From NCBI GenBank assembly GCA_000165425.1, contig CT868285.1:434001-497960 (forward strand): a stretch of DNA of 63,960 nucleotides, written 5' to 3'. How positions within the stretch are numbered: the first letter of the stretch is position 1; each line of letters begins with the position of its first letter. Of this stretch, positions 11,501 to 24,522 are shown in pieces. The DNA is from Paramecium tetraurelia. Lineage: Eukaryota. The notes below the pieces were generated by a model. That model ran no database searches, was not told where the DNA came from, and worked only from the letters and a program-made list of their open reading frames with translations. The translations under genes were made by a program, and so were the position numbers.

Positions 11501-14101
11501 GAAATATCTATTACCACAATCAGTAACACAACTCAATGATGTCTTTTTATAATAATAATTATTAACACAAGTAAGGCATGCAGTTGGACCAGTGCTACAT
11601 GTTTTACAGGGCGAAGTACATGCAATGCAAGAGAACCCAACCTAAAATATTCCTGTTGGACATTAAGAAACACACTTGTTTTAATAAAGCAAATTATTGG
11701 TGGTTCCACATGATGTGCATTTCGTACTTTGATCAACACAAGTATTGCAGTTCTCATTACACGGTGTGCATATACCATTAAAATCAAATTATTTTTCAGT
11801 ACATTTCTTAACGCATTTACTATTCTTGAGTTCATAATTTGTATCATCAGTGCAACTTTGACATACAGTACTACTAGTGCATTCTAAACAATTATCTGGG
11901 CAAGTCTTGCAAGCATTACTAGAATCACTGTAATACTTTTATCCACAAGTACTTATACATTTTTAATCTAGTAGGTAAATATTAGTGGTTATTGAGACAT
12001 CAGTATAACATGATAAACAATTATCGGAATTATCACATTCCTTACAAAATACTGAAGGAGTAGCAGGACAATTTAATTTAAATTATAATAATGAATCTGA
12101 ACTGCTCGATTTATCTATGATAGTTGTATCTCCCTATGTTCTTAATTAAAAAAAGTAGGTAGATTACGAGACCTTGGGATTCCTAATTAAGTTATTCAGT
12201 CGAAATTCTATATTTTTAGATGAAATCGCACTTGTTTTAATGCTTATTTCCTAATTATTAACTTAACATGTATCTACTGTTAATCCAGCAAGTCTATCCA
12301 TTGCTGCTTTACATTCTTTATTCCCAACATCTACAGAAAAATTTTCTGGCATAGTTACAATGATAGTAGATCCTGCAGATGGTATATTAAATAATGTTGC
12401 TTTAAAATAATATGTATCTAAAACTCCTAGTAATTTTTTTTCGATATTCATGAAATCAATAGTGATAGTATTTGGATCACCACTTGGAACTATAAGAGCT
12501 GTACCTTAAGTTGTGCTTGATATCTTATAAGTGCCTAAGACTGTCTCAGCTGTAATTGTACCAATACTATCTTTATTCACTACATTATATATTTTAGTAA
12601 CACAAATTTAATTCTTATTTACCACTCCATTTAATTAGATTGTAATCGTAGCTGCTGATGAAATAACTATCAAATTGGAACCAGTATAGGGAGAAAAATC
12701 AGAAAACTCCACTTTATTCACATTGCCTAACAGAAATCCTGGTAGAGTAAATGTTATTTTTGTACCAACAGGCTATTCAGTTTCGAAGGTAGTATCAAAA
12801 GTATAAGTTGATTGAGCACCATTCTTAGTTTCTGATCTAGCAAGATTTGTTAGACTAATGCCGCTTTATTGTGTATTTGTCAAACTTCCAAAGGCTATTT
12901 TCTTATCATATTCCACCGTATTCTTAATTATCTTAAATGAGAATCCAGTTGCAGATTTGAAGGTATTTGGCGTTATTATTGAATTAATTGTTAAAATTAT
13001 TGATGTTCCTCCAGGTATTGAATTAGATATGGTTATTGTTACTGTAATTACTTAAGCATCTGTTGAACTTTATACGTAATCGCAAACTTTTAGTACGCCT
13101 GCCACACTCAAAGAACATGATTTAGATGATAAATCCCATTTAATATCGCTAGGTAATGTTAATTCAATTTCTGAATTAAGTTCTATATCATTTATGTTTT
13201 TAAATGTATATTTTATAAAGGCACTTGAACCTACTTTATAAGATCCACTATCTATTTATATATCTGTAAGTATTCCATCATTGTAGCCATTGACAACTAA
13301 GGAAGTACTGCTTGTATCAACTACATTATCAATTTTTGTAATAAAATTATTAAAAGTAAGGAATGTGGTTGGTGCCTAGGGGTTAGTAAAGTCCAGTGAA
13401 ATCACTTATGTCTTAGTAGAATCTAAAGTAGTAATTATTATCAATTCATTTAATGAATCATAAGAACATTGAATTCCACTAGATGGATTTCCTGAGCATA
13501 TAATTGGTGTGCCTGATTGTAAAGCTGATGGTTTTGTGAAGGTTAATTAATTGGTTGAACTCAGAGGATTCTCAAAGGTAAGCCTGATAGTATAGGTTGA
13601 TTTCAAGTTGAAAATCCTATTTGATGGACTAATGGAATCGATAGTTATTGTTCCCCCTGTCAAGGTAAAGGTCTTTTTATCACTTTAGTCAATTATAATA
13701 TCTGTAGATTTTACCAAACTGAAACCCTAACAAGTATGTTCTACAAGTGATGCACCAGTGGTAGCATAAAACATTATAAATGGAGGGTGTTCAGTCTTAT
13801 CAAAGCTAAATTGAATATCCTTGCTTCCAACTCCAACTGCGGTAGAATCTTTAAAACATTTTGAATAATCTGGAGATCTCAAAGCTGCAAATCCCGCTAC
13901 AATTATTTTAAAATAGTCTGTGCTTGAATTAGGACTAGTGGGTAATGTAAATTCAAATTTGATTAAATATTCAGTGTTTAGCTTAAGAGTTGTTACATCA
14001 GGGTTAGTTGATAAAGTTGCCTTAAAAAATGTAGTAGAGACAATAGTCGCACAAGTTCCAACCTCAAGGAGTTTGGACCAAATCAAAAATATATATAACA
14101 T
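8580..14101 (-). CDS. Large surface protein: signal peptide, Thr/Ser-rich beta ectodomain, furin-like Cys-rich repeats, 5-6 TM segments, coiled-coil tail (mtA-like architecture)
   Basis: Starts MLYIFLIWSKLL. CxxCxxxCxxC furin-like repeats at about 10850-12060. TM bundle at about 10070-10740 contains GDIAFNQW and RFYFSRYFGFRF. E/Q/K-rich tail; two tiny introns; TGA at 8580-8582. Confidence 0.85.
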
Positions 14102-15079
14102 ATTAAAATATAATAAAGAATGTCTATTAAAGAGTATTTCAACAACTCACTTAATTTGAAATAGTTCTCATTTTTAAAAAAGACTATAATAATAAACAAT
14201 ACTTTTAGGTTGCATTGAGTATCCAATTGACAATCTACATAATATAGATATTTTCAAATTTTTCGGAGCATTCTTCATCTCAATATTAAGTCCTAAATTA
14301 AGGTACTAATTGTTGAATAGTTGGAACACTTAAAATACTTTATGGTCCTATTAGCAAGTCGATAAAAAGGTGGAACTTATAATAATAATGCGAAAACTAA
14401 ATACTTGTAGTTTGATTGAAAATTTGATAGACCTTAAGCACAATTTTCATGTGAAAAATCCAACTATATTTAATTCAAATTTAGATAAATCAAATATCAT
14501 TAATAACATTCCATAAAAGAACCATCTATTCTTAGATGGATATGATTCTAAATTTATTTTCGATAACACACACTTATACAATTAATCTTATTACGGAATA
14601 ATTATTATAGTTAATTTTTAAAATGAATCTAAGTTATTATAAGATAGAAACATCTTTATCTTATTCAAAGAACTCAGTGTCATTATTGGAAATATCATTA
14701 TTCCAATATGATTTTAATTCTGAAGCAAACATAATTAGATATATAGAAATGTGAAAAAAAATTGAATAAAAATAAGATAAGAATTTCATTAATAACTTAA
14801 TTAAGAGAACTTAAATTAATAAACCTATTATAAAAATAAATAAAAAAACAGATTGCCCATTTATTTTATAGGTTCAACAATTATGAGAACTTCGAGTGGT
14901 TAAAGTTGATAACTTAGGGTATTGTAAATTGATATCATAGCAATTCGAAGGCAATCTGTTCCAAAAATAAGATTCCAGAATAATCTAAAGGAATTTTGAA
15001 AAAAAACTGTATTTTTTTTCAACATTATTATTATATTAATATTTGAATCCAAAAATTCTTTTTAATAGTTCTAAAATAT

Positions 15080-15310
15080 TATAAAGATGAGGAGAAGATG
15101 CAGGAGAGTTGCGATTTGACCAAATCGTCATTTAATTGAAATGTAAATGGCAATTATTCATGTCAATCTTCTAAAGGATTACGGAGAAGGAGAAACCATT
15201 ATATAAGGGTTTCTGATGAGGAAACTCAAAATTATTGATTTGAAAGTGGCATGGATAATTTACTTTTTAAACCCGTCACTGTTGGAGAATTATAAACTTT
15301 ATTAAATTAA
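15080..15310 (+). pseudogene. Degenerate response-regulator receiver-domain relic
   Basis: One frame reads MQESCDL...FN*NVNGNYSCQ...VSDEETQNY*FESGMDNLLFKPVTVGELQTLL, matching the receiver C-terminal consensus C(F/L)xxGMDxxLxKP. In-frame TGA at 15137 and 15236, plus an apparent frame slip. Confidence 0.6.
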
Positions 15311-15347
15311 AATTATGATTAAATATTTTTTGTGATTAAAAATAGCA

Positions 15348-17403
15348 ATGTCTTATAACTTCAAAATCTATACGTCCTGTTATGCCTGCTAAAGACATGA
15401 TAAATGTGATTTTATCTAAGACTCAAAGGAAAACACCTACAGTAGTCCATCCTGGATATGATATCTCCAGAATTAGAGGATTTTATATGAGAAAAGTGAA
15501 ATTTACATAAGAAACCATTCACGAGAAGATCGATGCCATTTTGTAAGACTTCCCAAAAGTATTTGATATCCTCATATAAAATAGTTAGATGATATTCATC
15601 CCTTTTATGCAGATTTGATTAATGTATTGTATGACAAGGATCATTATAAATTGGCATTGGGACATGTACATGCTTGTAGGAATGTGATTGATAACATTGC
15701 AAAGGATTATTGTAGATTGCTAAAATACGGTGATTCCTTGTACAGATGCAAAATGTTAAAGAGAGCAGCATTAGGTCGTATGTGTACCACACTTAAAAAA
15801 TTGACCAGTTCTCTGAATTATTTGGATGAAGTCAGAAAACACTTATCCAGAATGCCAGCCATCAATCCCTTTGAAAGAACTCTCCTAGTCACGTGGATTC
15901 CCCAATGTTGGAAAGAGTAGTTTTGTAAATAATATTACAAATGCCAATCTGGATGTTCAACCCTATCCATTCACAACATAAAATCTATATGTTGGTCACT
16001 CTGATTACAACTTTGTACGTTGGTAAGTTATTGATACTCCAGGAGTCTTGGATCATTCATTGAGTGAAAGAAACCCAATTGAAATGTAAGCAATTACAGC
16101 ACTTGCACATTTAAAGGCATGCATCATGTTTTTCTTGGATATCTCAGAAACATGCAGTTACTCAATTGATCAATAGATTGCACTCTTCAAAGACTTAAAA
16201 CCACTCTTCAAGAATAAACCTTTATTATTAGTTATGACTAAAATAGATATTAAAAAGTTTGAATAATTAGATCCAATTGATTAATAAAAGTTGTAGGATG
16301 TCATCCAATCTGAAAACGTGTTCTAGTATCTATTTCAAATCTATTTATTAGTTCTTAATTGAGTAACAAATCTGGTGAGGGAATAGCTTTGGTTAAAGAA
16401 AAAGCCTGCAATTTATTAAATGAATGGAGATAAAATCTTAAGCCTGAACAATTAACAGGTGGCAATCCAAATCTTTTGAGAGAAGAGTCAATTCTCTAAG
16501 GAGTCTATATTGCTTAACCTAAAAGAGTTAATCAAAATAGAATGCCAGTAATTCCCTAAGTAGTGGGTAAATTAAATAGACCAACATTGAAGGATGTTCA
16601 GGAATAAAATGGTGGTGCTGGTGTCTTCTCCTTCCCATTATAAGGTATTATCTTACGTTGATTATTTTCATAGAACACTTTTTGTTAGACAATCCTGATT
16701 GGAAATATGATGCTGTACCTGAAATCATGGATGGCAAGAATATTGGAGATTTTGTTGATGCTGATATTCTCTAGAGATTGGAGGAATTGGAAAAGGAAGA
16801 AGAAATGATGGATTAAGCTGAAGTTGAAGATCCAGATGAAGATGCTAGAGAAGACATGTTATTAAGTACTAGAGATTAAGTCAACAAAAAAAGAGAGATG
16901 ATTAAGGAAGAACATCATATGAAAATGAAACAATAAGTTAAATTACATAGACCCAATTTGGAAGATGCAAAAGAAGATTTTGCTAAAAAAGGAATTGATA
17001 CTACCTTTTTAGAATAGAGAGCTTAGAAGTTTGCTGCAAAGAAGATTGTATAAAAATAGAAAAGACAACAACAATCATCAGATGATAGTGATGACAATGA
17101 TATGGATATTGAAGGAAACGAGAGAAATCAAAGAAAAGGAAGAGATGCTTTATCTAGAAGTAGAAGCAGACTTCGAGAGATCTCAAGAAGCAGAAGTAGA
17201 GGCAATAAAAAAGTCCTTACTGCTTAAGAATAAGTAATATATTCTATCTAATATCTTAGGCCATGGAAAGAATGTCTAAAAAAATATAAAGAAGAAGAAG
17301 AAATGAAGCTAAAGCTGGTGATGGTGATACTAAAATAGATTGCAAAATGCCTAAGCACTTATTTACTGGTAAAAGTGGTATTGGAAAATAATCAAGACGT
17401 TGA
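15348..17403 (+). CDS. NOG1: Nucleolar GTP-binding protein 1 (two single-base frame breaks in this sequence)
   Basis: [37 protein letters not shown]1 [26 protein letters not shown], and [19 protein letters not shown]. Extra bases at about 15363-15366 and 15893. Confidence 0.95.
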
Positions 17404-17441
17404 ATTATTTGTTGTTAATAATACAATATAATATTAATTAA

Positions 17442-18717
17442 TCAAATATAGTCATCATCTGAAGTAACTCTATTACTTATTTGTCTCCTACTATCACTCC
17501 TTTACTTAGTATTAATTTTAGACTATGGTTTTATCATATATCCAGTTGTTTCATTGAAATTCTCTTTTAAAATACTTCTTGATTTGCTATGTCCGATGCT
17601 TTTATTATTATTATTGTTATAGTTTTTATTCAAAAAATCTTCAAATAACTCTGATTCTACAACGTTAAAGTCCTCATTTTTCTTAACTAAGTTTTTACTC
17701 TAATTTTTTGTACTAACCAGAGCATCTCTACTAGGTTCTTTTGTATGAAGGTTCTCCTTTTAGCATTAATTGTTCTTAGCAATGGAAATATCCTACTTAG
17801 AATTATTATTATCTCTAAATCTTTCCATTCCTTAAATCTAAGTTGATGGTGACCTAGATCTAGATCTTTAACTATGTCCATTCTAAGATGAACAATGAGA
17901 TAATGCAGAGAACTTTGACGGTGTAATACTCCTTTTAGAAGATCTATCACAAGATTTCATTGAATAATCCATCAAATGCTTAACTTAAGCAATATCTTTA
18001 AATTTCTTGTTGTACTCATCCAAACACAGACTTACCAATTCATAACATTTAAGAGTAATTTAATTAATTTTTTAGTCAACTATTTAATTTTCTTCAATTA
18101 TAAAATTATTTAAATCTGTTTTGCATTGTCCTACATACATATGTTTAAGCTTTTGCTCTTCAATCATCATTTATTCTTATTGTTTCAACTATCTAAATTG
18201 AGATGTCATCTATTTTTCAATTGGATAGATCGATGTTTGATATACTCCAATTTTAGTTTTCAATTCATCCAATTTCTTAAATTACTCTTCTTGATCTTTT
18301 TTCCTTTAATTTATTTGCTTAACATAATCATTGTATGATTATTTCAGAACTTTCCCCTCCTCTACGATTGGATTCATTAATTCTTTAATGGCCTAAGATG
18401 TTCCCATAATTTATGAACCAATTATTTTAATCTATTCAAACTTAATTTAGTAATACCTATCCACTCATCTCCTTAAGTATGTAATTTGTGTTGATTTTCA
18501 TCATATCCTTGATGGTTCTTTTAGAGAGATCCTCGATTTTGTCTCCATAGTCACAAGTTGCCTTACCAAAATCCTAGACATAATTTCAATAATGAACCTT
18601 CATCAATGTTTTATTGTGCTTCAAACACTCCGTCATTAACTTCAAATTTGTCTAGAGTTATTCATAAATGGATTGTATTTCATTATCACTTAAAATTCGA
18701 CTTTTTTAATAGTTCAT
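17442..18717 (-). CDS. Hypothetical coiled-coil protein
   Basis: Open code-6 frame from MNYQKSRILSDNEIQ to SDDDYI*, with tiny introns and a helical Q/E/K-rich composition. Confidence 0.7.
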
Positions 18718-18889
18718 TATTAATAATAAACTCCAACCTAAAACTCAGTTAATTAATTCAAAATAACTCATTTTCAACAGTATTAATAATAGATTTCTCA
18801 CATTGAAATTCTACTAAAGATATATATATATCTCAATTGAACTTTCTCAAATATATTACTGTCTTATAATTATAATAAATATTACAAAA

Positions 18890-19716
18890 ATGGATGATGA
18901 AAAAAAGAAGAAGAAGGGTAATAAAATAGACTTAAATCTCTTACCTTCCTCAATGAAAGAACGTTATGCTGCAATGGGAATATTACCCAAAGCTTAAATT
19001 CCAAAATCGAATCTCTAAGTCGATGTACAAAGAATGAAACAGAAAAAGGTTGAAAAAGAGTAACCAATTGAATAAAAATTAGAAGGTATTGAAATCAAAG
19101 CAAGTGAAAAGAAGTAGTTAGAAAAGTAATCTTATTGTTATCTTTAGAGTATTCTAGATGCTTAAAAAAAAAGATGTTGATTACTTTGATGCTAAAGATG
19201 TTGATAAAATGCTTAGGTTTTTAGGTGTTTCACTTACTAAGTCTGAAATTGATCTTATGTTATGGGTAAACTACACTATTAATAATGAAACTAGGAAGTC
19301 GATGAAAATCTTGATGGAAGAGTAAGTTGGACTGAATTTTTGAATATGTACAAAAAATGTACAATCGATAAGACAGGTCTAGAACCAAAGAGTTTGTTTC
19401 ATATGATTTAGTTCTTAATGTACTTACCCCCAGATAGAAAGGATCCAAAAGTAACAGTCGAAGTATAAATACTAACTTATACAAATAGGACACTTTGGAA
19501 CTGTTATATGTTCGATTTGGTAGGTAATGTTTGGATTCTGAAATTCATGCCATTTTTGGAGATGAGGAGAAAAATAAAGATGGCGAAGAGAAGGCTATTT
19601 CGTTTAGTGAATATATGGAGAAAATTAATGAGAGAGCAATTCAATAAAGGAAGCTCAGAAAGGAAGAATAAAAACAACAATTTTAATACTTCAAAAAAGA
19701 AAAGTAAATGGAGTGA
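18890..19716 (+). CDS. EF-hand calmodulin/centrin-like protein
   Basis: SEIDLMLWEVDENLDGRVSWTEFLNM is a canonical EF-hand, with further degenerate hands. Three tiny introns. Confidence 0.85.
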
Positions 19717-19957
19717 GTTCTTTTATTATGTCCTATAATAATTGAAATGAACATCATTAATAAACTATTTTATTCTTAATTATTTAAAATTGAATAAATA
19801 AATTATGTAACTTTTGAAATAAGATATAAGCGTATCATTTCGAAATTATGTAAATCAAGAAGTATTATCATTTCCTTAGAAACCTAAATTAATAAAATGT
19901 TATCAACACTAATTTCAAATAGAAAATTATGAAAAGTTATATTTATATAAATATTAA

Positions 19958-21918
19958 TCAAACTAATTTGTTCTCAAGGTTTTTTAACAGAAGGTCTTCT
20001 ACTATGTTATTGTAGTTATTAAATCACTTGAGGAGCCTTGTTATTCGTAATTGTTAATGGTTTTTCATACTTTTTCTTTTCTAGCATCTCTTTTATCTAT
20101 TAACCTTCTAAAATTAAACGACCCATTTGATTAATTTCTCGATTGGTTTTACTCAATAATGAATTCTCATGTGAAGTTAATTATATTTTAGCAGCCAATC
20201 TATCACATTCTTATTGCAGCTGTCTATTCATACCCTCTAATCTCTCGACGACTGATTAGAGATGTAGGATTTCCCTATCTTTGAGTATTAATTACTAAGT
20301 TGTTTTATCGAAATTCTAAGAACTTGTATTAATCCAAATAAATACTTTTTGTTGTTCTTTTTAAGTTGCTTTAACTCCTCTTCATTTCTTTACAATTCAT
20401 TTTCAAGGTTAGCTACTTGTCGAAGTAGATCTCTATTTTAATCTTATAATTACATACATTATTAAGAGACTTCTTCGAAAGATCTAAAATATATATCAAA
20501 TAATACTATTCAGCTTAGGCTCTATACAATCTTTCTTCTTCCACTTGTTTCAAATATATTTCAATGTTTTTGTACTTAATTTCCATTTCAGAAAACCTTT
20601 CATCTTGCATCTTTATTCTATCTACTAAGGTTTGCTTTTCCTTTTTGTATTGCTCCTGAATGTTGAGGTGATCCTTAAGCTCTTTAGTTTATTATTCTTT
20701 CAATGTATTGATCTAATTGCAAAATTGTTGATTGTCTCTTTATAATTATATTATCTGACTCTAAAATTCTTATTTATTATTTTAAAATTCTTTAAGCTGC
20801 TAATTATGATCTCGGACTTATTATTAGATTTAAAGATCTTTCTATTATAGTTGTTATAGTTGTAATTACATTCTTTCAAGCTTTTGATCTTTCTCAATTA
20901 AAGAGTCCTTTAATATTTAAGATTCTTGCATATATTGCTCATTCAATTCCTATAAATCTATACATTATTATGATAATTTTCCGTATTCGTCATTAATAGT
21001 TTGTATTTATTATTAATACTACAAATTATGCATTTACAATTGATCGCATTAGTTTTTTAAAGAATGATATTCTTTATTTTTATGTTTCTCCTGATTTTAT
21101 AACTATTACTATAAGGTTGAGTATCTCTCATTATAATTTTGCATCTAATCAATCTTGTGAACATACTTGTTTCTTTCTGCCTCCAATTATTAATAATCTT
21201 TATATAGTTGTTATAAATTTTATTCGTATTTATCAGATTGATGCTTAATCTAAGTAATATAATTTTTCATATCCTCCATTTTACCATATAGATGACTTAA
21301 TTCCTATTCTCTCTTAATTACCAATTTCTCCAATTCTTTGATTTGTCTTCTAGAGTGTTTTTTATCTTTCTTTTAATCAGAGTTTTAGATATTGATGGGG
21401 TCTTGATGATATAATTCATTTTGGTTGAGCATTTCTTGTAAATTGGTTATCTCTTGAGTGATCTAATCATTTTCTTCCTACAATTGAAGCATTTGATCCT
21501 TATACATATTATTCTCTTGTATCAGATATTCCATTTATTAGCCTTTATACTAGAGATTAGTTTTATATTGATCATTATCTTCTAGTAATTTGTTATAGTA
21601 TTGCCCTCCTTACTCCATCTCTTTCCTGTAATCTTGCAATTAATTTTCGAAGAATTCATTCTCTTGTCTCAAACTTTGACTCAGCTAAAATTGAGTTCGT
21701 AAATCATTCCTTTAAATTCTCAATTTAATCAATCAATTCATTGTTTTCTGTTTCTAATTATTTAATATTCTTAATGTTATTAGAATTCCTTATACTTGTT
21801 AGAGACTCTGTAACTGACTCATCAAATTGGAATTTTCAGTCTGCAATTGCTGATTATGCTTCTCGAGATTCTCATATCTCATAAGCATCTCCTGAAGTTC
21901 TTCATCCTTGGAGGACAT
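19958..21918 (-). CDS. Hypothetical long coiled-coil protein
   Basis: MSSKDEELQEMLMRYENLEKHNQQLQ..., a continuous Q/E/K/L heptad-rich frame with tiny introns. Confidence 0.75.
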
Positions 21919-21965
21919 AAAAATATATATTTATTTAAAATAAAAGATTAACGATCATAAATTTA

Positions 21966-23657
21966 TCATTTTTCTCCATCAGAATCGACAACTTTGATAT
22001 CGTTGCCGAATAAATCATCAAAACTTGCTGGTTTATTGATTTCTTTAATTGTCTATGCCACCTGTTCTTGTATATTCTTTTGTTAATGCTGATATCCCCC
22101 TATAGATTAAGACATGCATGGTAGTACAGGTGGCAACCAATAACTATTTATCATGCTCTATCCCAAAGGCATCATAAATGATGGCTGGTTAGCCAATAAT
22201 AATAATGGTTGCATTGTACTTTGTCTATTGATATCATCTATGGACTTTTGCATCATAAACATATTATGATCAGATTGAGCTAGAGTTGAACATTTACTGT
22301 TGTTATTTTCCTCCGTTTTTATTTACTTATAGATATGCTTCAATATTAATCCTTGATAATCCAATGTGTTAAATGGAGAAATGAATAATTTCTTAGTTCT
22401 TTTGTTAAAGACAACAACTCCAGACCTATCATTTTCTACCGAAAATTGATTACTATTCACTCTTTTGATGTTCAATAATTTTTTGTATAAAATCTCACTT
22501 TTGTTGCTAGAACTTAAATCATAATGAAATAAATCAAAAAAATCATCATTCTTTATTTTTTATGCCTCCTCATACTTACCCTCTGAAATACACAAATCAA
22601 TATATAAACTTTATATTCCTAATACTATAAACTACCATTCATAATTATCAATTTCTTCAATTGGAGTTATTTTACCGTATTTATTAGCATAGTCCATCCT
22701 TAACTTTTGCACTTTTGAAAATAATTATGGATTAATCGTTTCAAATTCATATTTTAATTTCTCTTTTTTTAAAAGGGAGTTGTATTTATTCTTTAAAGAA
22801 TTCTCTGTTCTCACTCTCCCATAAAGAGCAGACAACTCGGACCATTTCTTTCCTCTTATCAAAATGGTTTTTAATAAATCTATTTCTTATTACTTCGACC
22901 ATGGTTCACTTCATATAAAACATCTCCTTACTTGCAAATATTGGGATCCAACCTATTAATCCACCTCTCTCTACATTGTTTCGGTTATCTGAAGATTTTA
23001 TTGGGGGATCTCTTGTACATTTCCCTAGCTATCTATGACCATTTGTTTTCCTTTCCCAATCTACTAAACTCTCTTGAAGATATTGTTAAATTCGTACTCA
23101 TGCACTTGTTACAGTAATTAATCCTCCTCTTCTACCCATGGGGCCTCTGAGAGCGAAATTTTATATTTCTATTCCCACTTCAATCTACATTGATGAGCAT
23201 TCCTCCCTATTATCATTTTAGCTATGTCTCTCCATTCAATAGGTGTCTTAGTTTTAAGAATAATTTTAATTACAAGTTAATTGATTTCTTTTAATAAACA
23301 ATATCTGATAACCACCCAATAAAATAATCTTTTATCTTAATCATTCCATTTTACACTTCTTCTCCTTGCATTCTAACTTTTTTATGATGATTAAATCCTA
23401 TACATGTTTATTTAGAATAACATTTTCGCCTCATCGATTGTTGGCCAATCGTCTACTTTTAATCGAAGATTGGAACCTATTCTTGTCAGCTATTCCCTTG
23501 TCTCTTAAAACTCCTTTGAGTTTTCAACAAAACTACTGAAATGCTGATTTACCACTTCGTAAGGGTAGACTTAAACAATAACATACTAAGCGTTACTAAT
23601 CAGATCCTCCATCTCACAACTACCAGCTAGTTTTACTTCCTTCCTCTCGCTGTGCAT
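21966..23657 (-). CDS. Myb-family transcription factor with three repeats
   Basis: WRDIAKMIIGRNAHQCRLKW, PWVEEED..KWSQIAR..RQPKQCRERWINRLDP and PWSKQQE..KKWSELS..RTENSLKNKY. Confidence 0.9.
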
Positions 23658-24522
23658 TAATAAAAATATAAAATACTGTATTATTAATTCATTATTAACT
23701 ACAGCGTTGAGAATTTGAGTAGCAAAGTGTTTATATTGTAATTTAAGAGTTTTTATAATTTTTATCAATTTCTTCAGTCATTTAATCAAAGCAATCCTGA
23801 TTCTTCAATTGACCACAATATTTTTATCCAATAAAATTATTTCAATAAAATTTCATGATATTGATAATTTATATTCGTTTTAAATTCAGTTCTGTTCATT
23901 ACTTATTCAATTCTCTTTTCGTAATAATTGTCTCTTAAAATTGACAATAATCGCTCTAAATTACAAGCATTTGCGAACTCAAGGTGCTTAAGCAAAATTT
24001 ATCCTTTGATGCACAAATGCATTAGATTGGATTCCAATGACAAAAAATACTTTTATAAAAAACAACTCTACAATTCTATATTTATCCTTTTCGAGTGATC
24101 CAATCCTTCAATTATTTTTCAAATCGTGTTTACAACCAGAGGAACGCAAATTAATATAATTTATAAAATGTAATATTCAAATTAAAAGATAATTAAAAAA
24201 TGTTAAACAAAACATATTGCATGTATGCTATTTAATAAAAATGTTAAACTATGCTTTCAACTTCTAATTACAAGCTCCAAAATAAACAACGTTCCCATTT
24301 TCATCTCTTTTGTTAATACTTCTCAATGTGAAGAGCTTCCTTTGATGCTTATTGATAGTATTTGTAATTATAAACAGAATTTGTTATTTGTAAAACAATC
24401 AAGTGCTTGTGAATGAGTAGTTGAATTTCAGCAAATGTAAATTTATATTAGCAATTTTATAAAAAATATCAAGAATTTTTAATTTTTAAAATATACTGAT
24501 AATTGAATAGATGATGCTTGAC

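Noticed and set aside
15213..15227. Hammerhead-like core CTGATGAG-GAAAC
   Set aside because: There is no stem II between the two core halves and no supporting stems I/III; it is explained by the codons SDEET.
15236..15238. TGA as selenocysteine in a receiver domain
   Set aside because: A second TGA and frame slips nearby point to decay; no convincing SECIS downstream.
15085..15300. RNase P/MRP, telomerase, SRP or U3 RNA
   Set aside because: No P4 pseudoknot partner, no CAACCCC template, and no SRP helix-8 or U3 box motifs were found.
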